From Spirochaetia bacterium (GTDB lineage: Bacteria; Spirochaetota; Spirochaetia; CADAEX01): a stretch of DNA of 64,000 bases. Shown piece by piece: positions 38,179-49,771 of the stretch. The notes under the pieces were generated by a model, which saw nothing but the letters and a program-made list of their open reading frames with translations, had not been told where the DNA came from and did no database searches. Both the position numbers and the translations under genes were made by a program. The stretch spans positions 96,001 through 160,000 of the forward strand of contig CAXXHA010000010.1 in the NCBI GenBank assembly GCA_963662265.2, written 5' to 3'. The stretch's first letter is position 1, and every line of letters begins with the position of its first letter.

Positions 38179-41100
38179 ATCAGAAAAGTATTTTTTATCA
38201 GAATCAGTCTTATGGTTTTTATCTGCACATTATTCCCCAGTTACCTGTATCCGGAAAATTTCCGTTTTACCCATCTGACAATGGAACAGGGGCTTTCCAG
38301 CAATCTCGCGTTTTGCCTCCAGCAGGATTCAAAAGGATTCATGTGGATAGGGACCCTATCGGGATTGAATAAATATAATGGAAATGAAGTTACAGTATAC
38401 AGACCGGGAACAGGCCAGGGCAGTATTACAAGCTCCCTGATTTTTTCCTTGTTTGAAGATTCAAAAAAAAGGCTCTGGATAGGAACAGACGGGGGAGGAC
38501 TTAACAGATACCTGCCTGAGTCGGATAAATTCACTTCATACACACATGACCCCTACGAGCCTTTCAGCATAAGCAGCAACCAGGTTAATTCTATTATAGA
38601 AGATAAAGAAGGAAACCTCTGGATCGGAACAGACAGCGGCGGCATCAACAAAATGGTTAATGAAGGGGAATTTATTTCTTTCAGGAAATCCGACAATGAA
38701 GAAAGCAGCCTTAAAAGCGATACAATAAGGGTCCTCTATGAGACATCATCAGGAAACATACTTGCAGGGACAGAGAGGGGCGGCTTAAGCATAATAAGCA
38801 GGGGGAGAAGAGGAAGGACAAGGATTGAAACATATACAGCCGGCAGACAGGCTTATTCAATACCTTCAAATACAGTAAGAGCTATAACAGAAGATTCACA
38901 GGGAAACATATGGATAGGGCTTCAGAACGGCGGAATAGTCAAATTCATCCCCCGGACAGGAGCATTCATGCCGCTCAAAATTCCGGGGTTCGCAGATCAG
39001 AAAAGCATTTCAGTAAGAGCCCTTTATGAAGACTGCAGGAAAAACCTGTGGATTGGAACGGAAAAAGAGGGGATTTATATTTTCAACCTTGCTGATAAAA
39101 CATGGAAAACCGTCAGGGCGGAAGACTATGACAGGTTTACACTTTCCAGCAACACAATACGGTCAATTCACGCAGACAGAAACAATCTCATATGGATCGG
39201 AACACGAGACGGGGGGGTAAATCTCTACAATCCCGAAGCATCAAAATTCAAAACCCTGCCTCTCAAGGGGGGGACTCCCGGAATTGAAAAAAAACATCAG
39301 ATGAGAGAAATAATAAGAGACAGGAACGGCCTTATCTGGTATGCATCGGACGGTGGAGGGCTTTCTGTTTTCAACAGAAAAACCGGAAAAATAAAAAAAT
39401 ATACACAGAAAAATACAAACGGGAAACTCGGAAGCGACCAGTGCTATTCCCTGGCAGAGGACAGGGAAGGAATAATATGGATAGGAACTGACGGTGGAGG
39501 GCTTTCCGCATTTGATCCTGCAACTGAAAAATGGCTGGAAAATTTTTCTTCAGAAAAAAAGGGGACAATACTCAGCAATACAGTCTGGGACATATACATC
39601 GACAGCGGAAACAGCATGTGGATAGGGACAGAAGGGGGAGGTCTTACACTATACAAACGGAAAGATAACACCTTCAAGACATTCAAGTATGACCCCAAAG
39701 ACCTCGGCAGCCTGAACGGAAATTCCATAAAAGATGTTATTGAGGATTCAAAGGGAAGAATTTGGGTTGGTACCTGGGACGGGGGGCTTAACCTTTTCAA
39801 CAGGAAAACAGAAAAATTCTCACGCTTCATATTTGATCCTGAATCAGATATTACAGTCAGCGACAACAGCGTCAATGCAATTTTTGAAGATTCCAGGGGG
39901 CAGATCTGGATAGGAACAACAGGGGGAGGACTCAACCTCTTCAATGAAAGGGAAATGACATTTAAATCATTTACTCCCGAAGAGGGTCTTGCGGGAAACA
40001 ATGTACTTGGAATAACTGAGGATAATAACAGGAATATATGGATAACAACAAACAACGGCCTCAACTACCTGGATAATGAAACAGGTTCAATATACACATA
40101 CAGCAGGGAAGACGGACTACTAAGCAACGAATTCACACATAAGGCTATCTGCAGGACTGAAGAAGGATATATTTTTGCAGGAGGAACAGAGGGGATTAAT
40201 TATTTCAATCCGGAAGAAATAAAAACAGGCGGAAACCGTTCAGATATTGTGATGACAGAACTGAGCATACTTAACAGAAAAAATCGGAATTAATACCCTT
40301 TTTAACAGAAGAAAAATACTGGAGAAATCAATAACTGAAACAGAAAAGGTTGTTCTTACACAGAGCGATAAACTTTTCACATTCAGGTATTCCATCCTTG
40401 ACTTCACATCTCCCGCTAAAAACAGGTATTTCACAATGCTGGAAGGATATGACAGCAGCTGGAAGTACCGCGGAGGAAAAAACTACGTAACATTCGACTC
40501 CCTGCCGCACGGAAACTACACTCTCTATGTCAGGGGAAAGGATCATAACGGCTATGAAACAAAAAACAGGCTTAAAGTAAGTATAAAAATACTGCCCTAT
40601 TTCTGGCAGACCATTTATTTCAGAACTGCTTCAGCCCTGGTTTTCATTGGAATTATATTTATCCTGATAAAACAGAGAACACTTGCACTTGAAAGGCACA
40701 ACAGGGAACTGAGAAAATTTTCAACACATATACTTGAAATCAGGGAGGAGGAAAGAAAGAAAGTTGCAAGAGAAGTCCACGATGAACTGGGGCAGCTGCT
40801 GACTGCTCTTAAAATAGATATTTTCAGGACAGAAGACGGGGAAAAAAAGGAAAGCATGCTTTCCCTGGTCAACATGGCTCTTGAATCAGTAAAAAGCCTC
40901 TCAACAAGGCTGAGGCCTAAAGCTCTGGATACTCTCTCATTCTCGGAAGCTGTACAATGGCAGATTGTAGACTTCCAGAGAAGGACCGGCATCAAATGCA
41001 TTGCAGATATAGAAGAAACAGAAACTAATCCTGATCCGGAAACAGCAACAGTAATCTTCAGAATATTCCAGGAAGCCCTTACAAACATCATAAGGCATTC

Positions 41101-41383
41101 AGATGCTGACAGGGTGCAGATAAAATTCAGAAAAAATGAAACAAGCCTCCTTCTGAAAATCATAGACAACGGAAAAGGAATTCCCGATGAAAAGCTTGAA
41201 AGCACTTCGTCATTCGGAATTATAGGAATGAAGGAACGGAGCAACATGCTGGGGGCAAAACTCAGGATTGATTCAAATTACAGAGGAACAGAAGTGGAAC
41301 TGGTTATCCCCTTCAACAGGAAAACAAAAAAGAAAAAAACATCTGTCAATAAAACTTTATATGATACACTGGACATGAAATGA
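38179..41383 (+). pseudogene. Beta-propeller (Reg_prop/Y_Y_Y) sensor histidine kinase with HisKA_3 (NarX/UhpB-type) core, split by one +1 frameshift
   Basis: ORFs 38212-40293 (repeated EDxxGxxWIGTxGGGL) and 40436-41383 (Y_Y_Y, TM, AREVHDELGQ, EALTNIIRHS, DNGKG, FGIIGMKER). Removing one A from A6 at 40278-40283 joins them. May be intact in vivo. Confidence 0.88.
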
Positions 41384-42015
41384 ATATACTTATTGCAGAT
41401 GATCATCCTCTTATAAGAAAGGGACTAATGCAGATACTTTCCGACAGCAAGTACATAAAAAATGTATATGAAGCAGGGAACAGCACGGAAGTCTTTACAC
41501 TTCTTGAAAACGAAAAAATTGATGTGCTGATTCTCGATATTTCAATGCCGGGAAAAGACGGTATAGAAATACTCAAGGATGTAAAAATACAGCATCCTGA
41601 AATTGCGGTTCTGATGCTCAGCATACAGCCGGAAAACCAGTATGCTGTCAGGGCATTTAAATACGGAGCATCAGGATGCCTGAACAAGGCATCAGCCCCC
41701 GAGGAACTGATAGAGGCAATAAGAAAAGTACAGTCAGGCGGCAGATATCTCAATGATGCGGTCAGCGAAATACTGCTCAATAACATCACATCGGAAAGTA
41801 CAGGTCTTCCCCACAGGCAGCTTTCGGAAAGGGAATACCAGGTCATGCTGTTACTTGCAAAAGGGAAAACCATAAGCGAGATTTCAGAGAAGCTTAACTT
41901 AAGCATAAAAACAGTAAGCACCTACAGGACACGGCTCCTTACAAAAATGAACCTGCATACAAACTCGGACCTCACCTATTATGCGATGAAAAACAACCTG
42001 ATAAGCAACCTGTGA
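41380..42015 (+). CDS. NarL/UvrY-family response regulator
   Basis: ADDHPLIR, LDISMPG, LSEREYQV, LNLSIKTVSTYRTR; ATGA overlap with the sensor stop. Confidence 0.95.
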   Translation: MNILIADDHPLIRKGLMQILSDSKYIKNVYEAGNSTEVFTLLENEKIDVLILDISMPGKDGIEILKDVKIQHPEIAVLMLSIQPENQYAVRAFKYGASGCLNKASAPEELIEAIRKVQSGGRYLNDAVSEILLNNITSESTGLPHRQLSEREYQVMLLLAKGKTISEISEKLNLSIKTVSTYRTRLLTKMNLHTNSDLTYYAMKNNLISNL

Positions 42016-42093
42016 CGTCACAGCCTGCCTGCTTTCCGGATTTCATTACTTCACGATTAAACCATATTGTTTTATTTCCAATAACAGTATAAT

Positions 42094-42159
42094 TGTAGGA
42101 TTATTCCTACAGGCGAATTTTAGAACCACCTACATACAGCTGACTATTTTCACCCTACA
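42094..42159 (+). promoter_or_regulatory. Candidate NarL/GacA-type binding sites upstream of citC
   Basis: Palindrome TGTAGG-ATTATT-CCTACA (42094-42111) plus CCTACA half-sites at 42129 and 42154. Confidence 0.65.
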
Positions 42160-42180
42160 CTTTTAATCAGAGTATTAGCC

Positions 42181-43236
42181 ATGAATAATTCTGAAGAAAG
42201 TCTGTTTATAACAAACCCGGAAGGGGAAATTTTATCTCAGATAAATAAGCTGCTTGAAGACAACAGCCTGACACTTGATTCTGATATAGAAGGAGACTCT
42301 TCTGCTGAGAATAGACGGAGAAGCGGCTGCCACAGGTTCAATTTCGGGGAATGTCCTTAAATGCATAGCAGTCAGCGATTCCTTTAAAAACAGGAATCTC
42401 ACAGGCAACCTCCTGACACAGCTTATTTCAAAAGAATACCAGAAAGGCAATACTGATCTTTTCCTTTTCACAAAACCGGATAATAAGAGTATTTTTGTTC
42501 AGTTAGGCTTCTTTCCCGTCTATGAAATTGAAGACAATGTGGTCCTGATGGAAAACAATCCCTCGGGGCTTTCCACCTTCATTGAAAACCTCATACATGA
42601 AACAGAACAGAAAAATCTTTCCGGAAACAAAATAGGTTCAATTGTAGTTAAACTGCAATCCCATAACAAAGGGTCACCTCTATCTGATAGAAAAAGCTGC
42701 AAACGAATCAGATATCCTCCACCTTTTTGTTGTTGAAGAGGATAGATCAGTATTTCCTTTCCCGGTAAGATACGCTCTTGTAAAAGAAGCAACTGAACAT
42801 ATTAAAAACCCTTGTACTTCATTCCGGATCAAACTATATAATTTCAAACTCCACTTTTCCCTCATATTTCATAAAAGACTCACAAAAAATAGTTGATCTT
42901 CATGCAAGACTGGACCTGGGCATATATTCTGAAAAAATAGCCCCGGCGCTCGGAATAAACAAGAGGTTTGCAGGGGATGAGCCGCTCTGTCCTGTAACTT
43001 CAAACTACAACAAATTCATGAGCGAGATACTCCCGGAGAGAGGAATTGAGTTTGAAATTATCAAACGGCTTGAAAAAGAGGGTGAGCCGGTAAGTGCTTC
43101 CCGTGTAAGAAAACTCCTTGTTGATGAAGATTATGAAAACATAAGAAATATTGTTCCGGAGTCAACCTACAGCTTTCTCACATCTGAAGAGGGTAATGAG
43201 ATAAGGGAAATCCTCAGGAGAAAAAACAGTCTGTAA
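42181..43236 (+). pseudogene. citC: [Citrate (pro-3S)-lyase] ligase, broken by three +1 frameshifts
   Basis: Stitched frames give ATGSISGNVLKCIAV, LFLFTKP, NCNPITKGHLYLIE, HLFVVEEDRS, YIISNSTFPSYF, IAPALGINKRFAGDEPLCPVT, VSASRVR. Extra bases near 42292, 42651 and 42810. Confidence 0.92.
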
Positions 43237-43429
43237 TTGTTAGGGCGGCAGTTGAAAGACTGCTGGAAATAACAGGAAACATTGAAATTATTACCCGGTT
43301 AAAACCAGGTAAAAAATAGAAACAACACTGACCGGATAATAGACGGGAAGTGCTCAAGATAGGGACATAAAGTCATGTTTTGCTAACACAGCTCTATGCC
43401 CCCGATTGAATACGGAAGAAGGGAAAATA

Positions 43430-43723
43430 ATGAAGATTGTAAAAACAGGAATGGCAGGAACACTTGAATCCAGCGATGTGATGATTACTGTCAGGAAAAA
43501 TCCCGGCAAAGGGAATGAGATACACCTTCAGAGCATTGTTGAAAAACAGTTTGGTAACCAGATCAGGAAAGTTGTCAAAGGCTTTCTTGAGAAATTTTCG
43601 GTGGAGGACGGACTTGTTCAGATCAATGACAGGGGTGCACTTGACTGTACTATTGAGGCGAGGCTTGCAGCAGCTGTATACCGTGCATCGGGAAAAACTG
43701 ATTATGACTGGGAGAATATATAA
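43430..43723 (+). CDS. citD: Citrate lyase acyl carrier protein (gamma subunit)
   Basis: AGTLESSD (prosthetic-group Ser), QFG, DRGALDCTI. Confidence 0.96.
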   Translation: MKIVKTGMAGTLESSDVMITVRKNPGKGNEIHLQSIVEKQFGNQIRKVVKGFLEKFSVEDGLVQINDRGALDCTIEARLAAAVYRASGKTDYDWENI

Positions 43724-44625
43724 TGGCTAAACTTAGAAGAACCATGCTTTATGTTCCCGGTAATAATGCGGGAATGATTAAAGATGCCCATATCTACAGG
43801 TCTGATTCTGTAATGTTTGACCTTGAAGATGCGGTATCTGTCAATGAAAAAGACACTGCAAGATTTCTTGTTTACAAGGCATTGAAAACTCTTGATTACG
43901 GCGGAATCGAAACAGTAGTAAGAATAAATTCAATTGAAAGCGGTTTCGGGGAAGAAGATGTCAGGGCAATTGTAAGGGCAAAACCAAATGTAATAAGACT
44001 TCCTAAAACAGAGACTGCTGATGATATCCATGAAATTGAGTCACTCATAGAGAAGGAAGAGGAAAAATGCGGCTATAAGAAAGGGACAATAGGTCTCATG
44101 GCTGCAATTGAATCACCTCTGGGAGTTCTCAATGCCTATGCAATTGCCACATCAAGCAAAAGACTGATCGGCATTGCTCTGGGTGCTGAGGATTATGTCA
44201 CATGCATGAAGACAACAAGATCGCCGGAAGGGACAGAACTTCTTTTTGCAAGAAGCCAGATACTGAATGCGGCAAGGGCTGCAGGTATATATGCCCTTGA
44301 TACTGTCTATTCAGACCTCAACAACGAAGAGGGATTTGAAAAGGAAATCAGACATATCAAACAGCTCGGGTTTGACGGCAAATCAATTATTACCCCGCGT
44401 CAGATCGAACCTGTACACAGGATTTTCGCTCCTTCTGCAAAAGAAATTGAATATGCAAAGAAAACCATCAAGGGGATTAAAGAAGCGGAAAAGAAAAAAT
44501 CAGGAGTCATTGCTGTAGACGGCAAGATGGTTGATAAGCCTTTTGTAGAAAGAGCAGAGAGGATTCTCGAACTTGCAAAAGCATCAGGAGTCCTGAAAGA
44601 TTATAAGGAAGGGAAAAATGACTGA
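43723..44625 (+). CDS. citE: Citrate lyase beta subunit (citryl-ACP lyase)
   Basis: RRTMLYVPG, FDLEDAV, VRIN, RLPK, AIES, LGAEDY, GFDGK, VDGKMVD. Confidence 0.96.
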   Translation: MAKLRRTMLYVPGNNAGMIKDAHIYRSDSVMFDLEDAVSVNEKDTARFLVYKALKTLDYGGIETVVRINSIESGFGEEDVRAIVRAKPNVIRLPKTETADDIHEIESLIEKEEEKCGYKKGTIGLMAAIESPLGVLNAYAIATSSKRLIGIALGAEDYVTCMKTTRSPEGTELLFARSQILNAARAAGIYALDTVYSDLNNEEGFEKEIRHIKQLGFDGKSIITPRQIEPVHRIFAPSAKEIEYAKKTIKGIKEAEKKKSGVIAVDGKMVDKPFVERAERILELAKASGVLKDYKEGKND

Positions 44626-46156
44626 AAACGAACTGGGCAGAGTAATCCCTAAAAAAATTGATTATATAGGCGCGCTTAAACCTTTTGAAGGTGCTTATGC
44701 GCATACTCCCCTTGTAAAAAAGGAAAAGGGGAACAGGCAGCTTCCGAAACTCAACAAGCTTGTAAATTCAATCGAAGAGGTTGTTGTAAAATCCGGTCTT
44801 AAAAACGGAATGACAATTTCGTTCCACCACCATTTCAGAAACGGCGACAAGATCCTTCCAATGGTAATGGATGTCCTTACAGGAATGGGGTTCAAAGACC
44901 TTACAATAGCAGCCAGTTCGCTTACATCAGCCCATTCAGGTCTTGTTGAACATATTAAGAAAGGGACTGTAAAACGGCTTATTACATCAGGCATCAGGGG
45001 AAGGCTTGCCGAGGAAATTTCAAACGGCCTCATGGATATCCCTGTTCTGATCCATTCGCACGGAGGAAGAGCAAGAGGTATCGAAACAGGACAGATCAAG
45101 ATTGATGTGGCTTTCCTTGGAGTTCCGTCATGCGATGTTTACGGGAATGCAAACGGCTACACAGGGACTTCTGCCTGCGGTTCGCTGGGATACGCAAGGG
45201 TAGATGCCGCATACGCGGGAAAGGTAGTCCTTATTACAGATAATATTGTTGAATACCCGAATACACCATTCAGTATTCACCAGGACCAGGTCGACTCAAT
45301 CGTTGTTGTCGATGAAGTGGGTGACCCCGAAGGTATTTCAACAGGGGCTGTAAGAATTACAAAGAACCCCAGAGACCTCCTTCTTGCAGAACTTGTTTCA
45401 GAAGTTGTAATCAACTCGGGATATTTCGAAAACGGGTTTTCCATCCAGACCGGTTCGGGAGGCGCCTCTGTAGCCACTACCCGCTTTTTACGGCAGCACA
45501 TGGAAAACAGGAACATAAAGGCAAGCTGGGCACTGGGGGGAATATCAGGCCCCATGGTCAAGCTTCATGAAGAGGGATTCATAAACAGGCTCCTCGATGT
45601 ACAGAGTTTCGACACAGAGGCAATCAGATCAATCGGGGCAAACAGGTATCACTCCGAAATCGATGCTTCATACTATGCAAACCCCCTTAACAAGGGATGT
45701 GCAGTCAACAAGCTCAATGTTGTTATCCTAAGTGCGCTTGAAATTGATACAAATTTCAATGTCAATGTAATAACAGGTTCTGACGGCGTTATCAGGGGAG
45801 CATCAGGCGGACACTCGGATACTGCAATAGGATCAGGCCTTTCAATAATAGTTGCGCCTCTCATAAGAGGAAGAACCTCAACAGTAATAGATTCAGTCCA
45901 GACAGTTATTACCCCCGGCTCAACAGTCGATGTACTTGTAACTGACAGGGGAATTGCAGTCAATCCCAGGCGTGAGGAAATTAAAAGAAGGCTCAAAAAA
46001 GCTGATCTTCCTGTTTTCTCAATAGATGATCTTAAGGAAAAGGCTGAAAAAATTGTAGGAAGGCCTGATCCGATCAAGTTCACAAAGAAAATTGTCGGTC
46101 TTGTTGAATACAGGGACGGAACAATAATTGACGTAATAAGACAGGTTAAAAACTAG
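44618..46156 (+). CDS. citF: Citrate lyase alpha subunit (citrate CoA/ACP transferase)
   Basis: ISFHHHFRNGD, HSHGGR, CGSLGYA, QTGSGG, DVQSFD, GASGGHSDTA, VEYRDGT. Confidence 0.97.
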   Translation: MTENELGRVIPKKIDYIGALKPFEGAYAHTPLVKKEKGNRQLPKLNKLVNSIEEVVVKSGLKNGMTISFHHHFRNGDKILPMVMDVLTGMGFKDLTIAASSLTSAHSGLVEHIKKGTVKRLITSGIRGRLAEEISNGLMDIPVLIHSHGGRARGIETGQIKIDVAFLGVPSCDVYGNANGYTGTSACGSLGYARVDAAYAGKVVLITDNIVEYPNTPFSIHQDQVDSIVVVDEVGDPEGISTGAVRITKNPRDLLLAELVSEVVINSGYFENGFSIQTGSGGASVATTRFLRQHMENRNIKASWALGGISGPMVKLHEEGFINRLLDVQSFDTEAIRSIGANRYHSEIDASYYANPLNKGCAVNKLNVVILSALEIDTNFNVNVITGSDGVIRGASGGHSDTAIGSGLSIIVAPLIRGRTSTVIDSVQTVITPGSTVDVLVTDRGIAVNPRREEIKRRLKKADLPVFSIDDLKEKAEKIVGRPDPIKFTKKIVGLVEYRDGTIIDVIRQVKN

Positions 46157-46356
46157 TCTGAAGAAAACAAAATATTTTCAGCGCTGAACATGGACGGAAC
46201 AGACAACATCCGTCCACTGAACATCTGCTGATGATATAAAGTTCCCTGCTCTGCTGGAACAGTGCAGGGAACAGAGAAACAGCCATTGGAAAAGACTGTT
46301 TTCCAAAAGTATCTATTTCTGATTATTCAGAAAAAAAAAAAGGAGTAAAGATTAAA

Positions 46357-47358
46357 ATGAAGAAAATCACAGCAATCATTACAATCATGCTGATTTTATC
46401 AGCATCTGCAGTATTTGCAGGCGGCTCAAGTGAAAAGGGGGGTAAAGTTGTATACCCCAAAGGCAACTTTGACTTTGTAGCACCAGGCGGAGCCGGCGGC
46501 GGATGGGACCTTACAATAAGAACTACAGCAAAAGTTCTCAAAGACACAAAACTTGTAAAAGTTCCAATGCCTGTAAGAAACAATCCCGGAGCTGGCGGAT
46601 CTGTTCACCTTACAAGTCTTCAGGAAATGAAAGGCTCAGATAAAACTATAACAGTTTATTCACCGCCACTTATTCTCACAAACCTCAACGGTACTACTGA
46701 TTTAGGCTACAAAGATGTAACTCCTCTTGCACGGCTCATTGCTGACTATGCAGTATATGTTGTTGCGGCTGACTCTCCTTACAAAACAATGAAAGATGTA
46801 ATGGATTCGCTTAAAAAAGATATTAAAAGCGTAAAAATCGGCGGGGCCTCATCTGTTGGATCAATGGACCACCTTCAGTTCCTCATCATGGCCAAAGCTT
46901 CAGGAATCAAAAAACTTAAGGAAATCGACTATGTAAGTTTTGATGACTCAGGTTCTGCACAGGTTCTCGGCGGACACATCGACCTTTTCTCAACAGGTCT
47001 TTCAGAAGTTCAGGGTCTCATCGAATCAGGCGACCTCAGAGCTCTTGCACAGTCAGCAGACCACAGAGTTGGCGAGGGCATTGTAGGTGAAATCCCGACA
47101 TGTCAGGAACAGGGTATTGATGCAACATTTGTTAACTGGAGAGGAATTTTCGGACCTCCAGAAATGCCTGAATATGCTGTTTCATACTGGAGAGACATTT
47201 TCGCAAAAATGGTAAAGACAGATGAGTGGACAGCTGCAAAAAAGACAAACGGCTGGGACGATGCTTATCTTGACGGACCTGATTTCGGAACATTCCTTGA
47301 GCAGGTTAATGAAGATTACAAAGGTATTCTTTCAGAAATCGGAATGCTTAAAAACTAA
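46357..47358 (+). CDS. tctC: Tripartite tricarboxylate transporter binding protein
   Basis: APGGAGGGWD, NNPGAGG, GSMDH, LGGHID, NWRGIFGP. Confidence 0.92.
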   Translation: MKKITAIITIMLILSASAVFAGGSSEKGGKVVYPKGNFDFVAPGGAGGGWDLTIRTTAKVLKDTKLVKVPMPVRNNPGAGGSVHLTSLQEMKGSDKTITVYSPPLILTNLNGTTDLGYKDVTPLARLIADYAVYVVAADSPYKTMKDVMDSLKKDIKSVKIGGASSVGSMDHLQFLIMAKASGIKKLKEIDYVSFDDSGSAQVLGGHIDLFSTGLSEVQGLIESGDLRALAQSADHRVGEGIVGEIPTCQEQGIDATFVNWRGIFGPPEMPEYAVSYWRDIFAKMVKTDEWTAAKKTNGWDDAYLDGPDFGTFLEQVNEDYKGILSEIGMLKN

Positions 47359-47373
47359 TTAAAGCTATCCTCT

Positions 47374-47405
47374 GAATCCCGGAACAGGGATTCGGGGGGC
47401 TTTTT
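47374..47405 (+). terminator. Intercistronic hairpin/partial terminator after tctC
   Basis: GAATCCC-GGAACA-GGGATTC followed by GGGGGGC and T5. Confidence 0.55.
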
Positions 47406-47406
47406 A

Positions 47407-47895
47407 ATGGAGATTAACGTGAGTATATCACTTATCACAGGTTTAATAACCTTTATTATCGGAACAAGCTACACTCTTGCAGCTGCATATCTGCCTGCAG
47501 CTTCAGTCGGAAGGGCCCACGAACCTAAGCTGTTTCCTCTCGGACTCGGAGCATTGATGATTATTTTAAGCATCTCCCTTATAGGACAGGAACTTATCAA
47601 AAAGGGGCAAAAAGAAAAAACAAACAAAGAAAAAGGTGTTTTCAAGTTTGATTCAAATATGAAGAATATTTTATTAACTGTCTTAAATGCACTTGTTTAT
47701 TCATTTCTCTTTGCAAAAGCAGGCTATGTTATATCAACGTTTATTTTTGTGGGATTTGAGCTGATACTCTTCAGCGGTGTAAAAAAATGGAAATCCTGCT
47801 CAATTATTGCTCTTTCATTCAGCCTTGTCATATATATATTATTCAGCAAGATGCTGGGAGTTTATCTGCCGGTAACTCCGTTCATCTGGATTTAG
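47407..47895 (+). CDS. tctB: Tripartite tricarboxylate transporter small membrane subunit
   Basis: 4-5 TM, PKLFP, GYVIST, FSKMLGVYLP; lies between tctC and tctA. Confidence 0.9.
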   Translation: MEINVSISLITGLITFIIGTSYTLAAAYLPAASVGRAHEPKLFPLGLGALMIILSISLIGQELIKKGQKEKTNKEKGVFKFDSNMKNILLTVLNALVYSFLFAKAGYVISTFIFVGFELILFSGVKKWKSCSIIALSFSLVIYILFSKMLGVYLPVTPFIWI

Positions 47896-47904
47896 GAGGT
47901 AATT

Positions 47905-49413
47905 GTGGAAAGTTTATCACTTCTTTTACAGGGTTTCACAGTAGCGCTTGAGCCGATGAACATTATGTGGGTAACACTCGGCGGCGTGCTTGGAACAATA
48001 ATCGGGATGCTTCCCGGACTGGGACCTGCAACAGGTGTTGCAGTACTTCTTCCGCTCACATTTACAATGGGACCTGTTGCAGCCCTTATTACAATGGGCG
48101 GTGTTTATTACGGAGCAATGTTCGGAGGTTCCCGTGCATCAATTCTCATAAACACACCGGGCGACGGCGCAGCAGTAGCGGCAACCTTTGACGGATACCC
48201 GATGACTTTAAAGGGTAAAGCTGAAGCTGCTCTTGCAATATCTGCAATTGCATCTTTTATAGGCGGTATTCTTGCAACTATTATAATGGTATTTGTTTCA
48301 ATTCCAGTTGCAAGGTTTGCAATAAAATTCGGCCCTGCAGAATATTTCCAGCTTTTTGTCTTTGCTCTTGCAGCAACAGCATCAATGACTGAAGGAAACA
48401 GAATCAAGGGATTCATGTCAATGACTCTGGGGCTTATGATCGCGACTATAGGTATTGACGGGCAGTCGGGGGTAAAAAGATTTACTTTCGGAATACTAGA
48501 GCTCCAGTCAGGAATTGATTTCCTCGTTGTAATTATTGCAGTTTATGCTCTCGGCGAAGTATTCAAGAGTTTCAAGAATATTGCAGAGGGGAAAAAGACA
48601 GTACAGAAGAATTTCGGAAAGATATGGATTTCAATGAAAGAATGGAAAAGATCTGTATGGCCTATCCTTAGAAGTTCTCCTCTCGGGTTCTTTGTAGGAG
48701 CTCTCCCCGGAGCAGGAGGTACTATGGCCTCCCTCATGGCTTACAACAATGAAAAACAGATGTCAAACCACCCCGAGGAATTCGGCGAAGGGGCAATAGA
48801 AGGCGTTGCCGCACCTGAAGCTGCCAACAACGCAGCATCTGTAGGCGCAATGATTCCAATGCTTACCCTGGGTATTCCCGGGTCAGGAACTACAGCTGTA
48901 ATGATGGGAGCACTTCTCATGCTCGGACTTCAGCCTGGACCTCTTCTTTTCCAGCAGCAGTCAACTATTATCTGGGGACTTATCGCAAGTATGTTTATAG
49001 GAAACATCATACTCGCAGTAGTAAATATCCCGCTTGCAGGAGCGCTTGTACGAGTTCTTTCTGTACCTCCAAGAATTCTTTACCCGATAGTACTCGGTCT
49101 TTCCTTTGTAGGTGCATTTGCAATCAGCTACAGTGTCATGGATTTCTATCTCCTTATTCTATTCGGAGTAATGGGATTTGTAATGAGCAAGGTAAATATT
49201 CCTGCAACGCCTATGATACTGGCAGTAATAGTCGGAAACAATATGGAGCAGTCATTCAGACGTGCCTATAAAATAGCAGATGGAGAAATGGGTATTTTCT
49301 TTTCATCACCGATTTCCATAGTTCTTTTTATTCTTACAATAATTTCAATACTTTACCCGTTTATAAAATCATTTATTGTAAAAAACAAGGAAGCAAAAAA
49401 GTCGGCATCCTGA
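47905..49413 (+). CDS. tctA: Tripartite tricarboxylate transporter large membrane subunit
   Basis: [47 protein letters not shown]; GTG start after GGAGG. Confidence 0.96.
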   Translation: MESLSLLLQGFTVALEPMNIMWVTLGGVLGTIIGMLPGLGPATGVAVLLPLTFTMGPVAALITMGGVYYGAMFGGSRASILINTPGDGAAVAATFDGYPMTLKGKAEAALAISAIASFIGGILATIIMVFVSIPVARFAIKFGPAEYFQLFVFALAATASMTEGNRIKGFMSMTLGLMIATIGIDGQSGVKRFTFGILELQSGIDFLVVIIAVYALGEVFKSFKNIAEGKKTVQKNFGKIWISMKEWKRSVWPILRSSPLGFFVGALPGAGGTMASLMAYNNEKQMSNHPEEFGEGAIEGVAAPEAANNAASVGAMIPMLTLGIPGSGTTAVMMGALLMLGLQPGPLLFQQQSTIIWGLIASMFIGNIILAVVNIPLAGALVRVLSVPPRILYPIVLGLSFVGAFAISYSVMDFYLLILFGVMGFVMSKVNIPATPMILAVIVGNNMEQSFRRAYKIADGEMGIFFSSPISIVLFILTIISILYPFIKSFIVKNKEAKKSAS

Positions 49414-49473
49414 TTTTAATGTGCAATAATTTTTCAGGATAATGTTTAAAAAAAAATCATATTAAAAGTATAC

Positions 49474-49503
49474 GGGGATCAGTATGGTCCCCTTTTATTT
49501 TTT
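49474..49503 (+). terminator. Terminator after tctA
   Basis: GGGGATC...GGTCCCC followed by T-rich tract. Confidence 0.7.
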
Positions 49504-49771
49504 AACAGGATAAAGGCTCTATAACAAAAACTGATAAATTATTCAGCATTTAAGCATTGTTACCAGTGTATTTTCTGAGTTACCTGAAAAACCAGTACTA
49601 TAGTCAGCCATTACAGAACCGGAGAATAATTAATTTTTCATTAAAAACTTATTTAGATCAAACAAAAGTATAACCAGATTATTTTAATAATTAAATATTT
49701 CATAGCAGCACAATTCTGTTGTAAACTTTTATTAATAAGCATTTTTCACCAGACAGGAGCATAACAGAGAG

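Noticed and set aside
38212-40293. DNA repeat array (recurrent TGGATAGGAAC...GGGGG)
   Set aside because: Simply encodes the WIGTxGGG beta-propeller blades
40278-40293. Programmed ribosomal frameshift in the sensor gene
   Set aside because: Needs +1 rather than -1, no stimulatory structure is evident, and three similar insertions nearby point to error or decay
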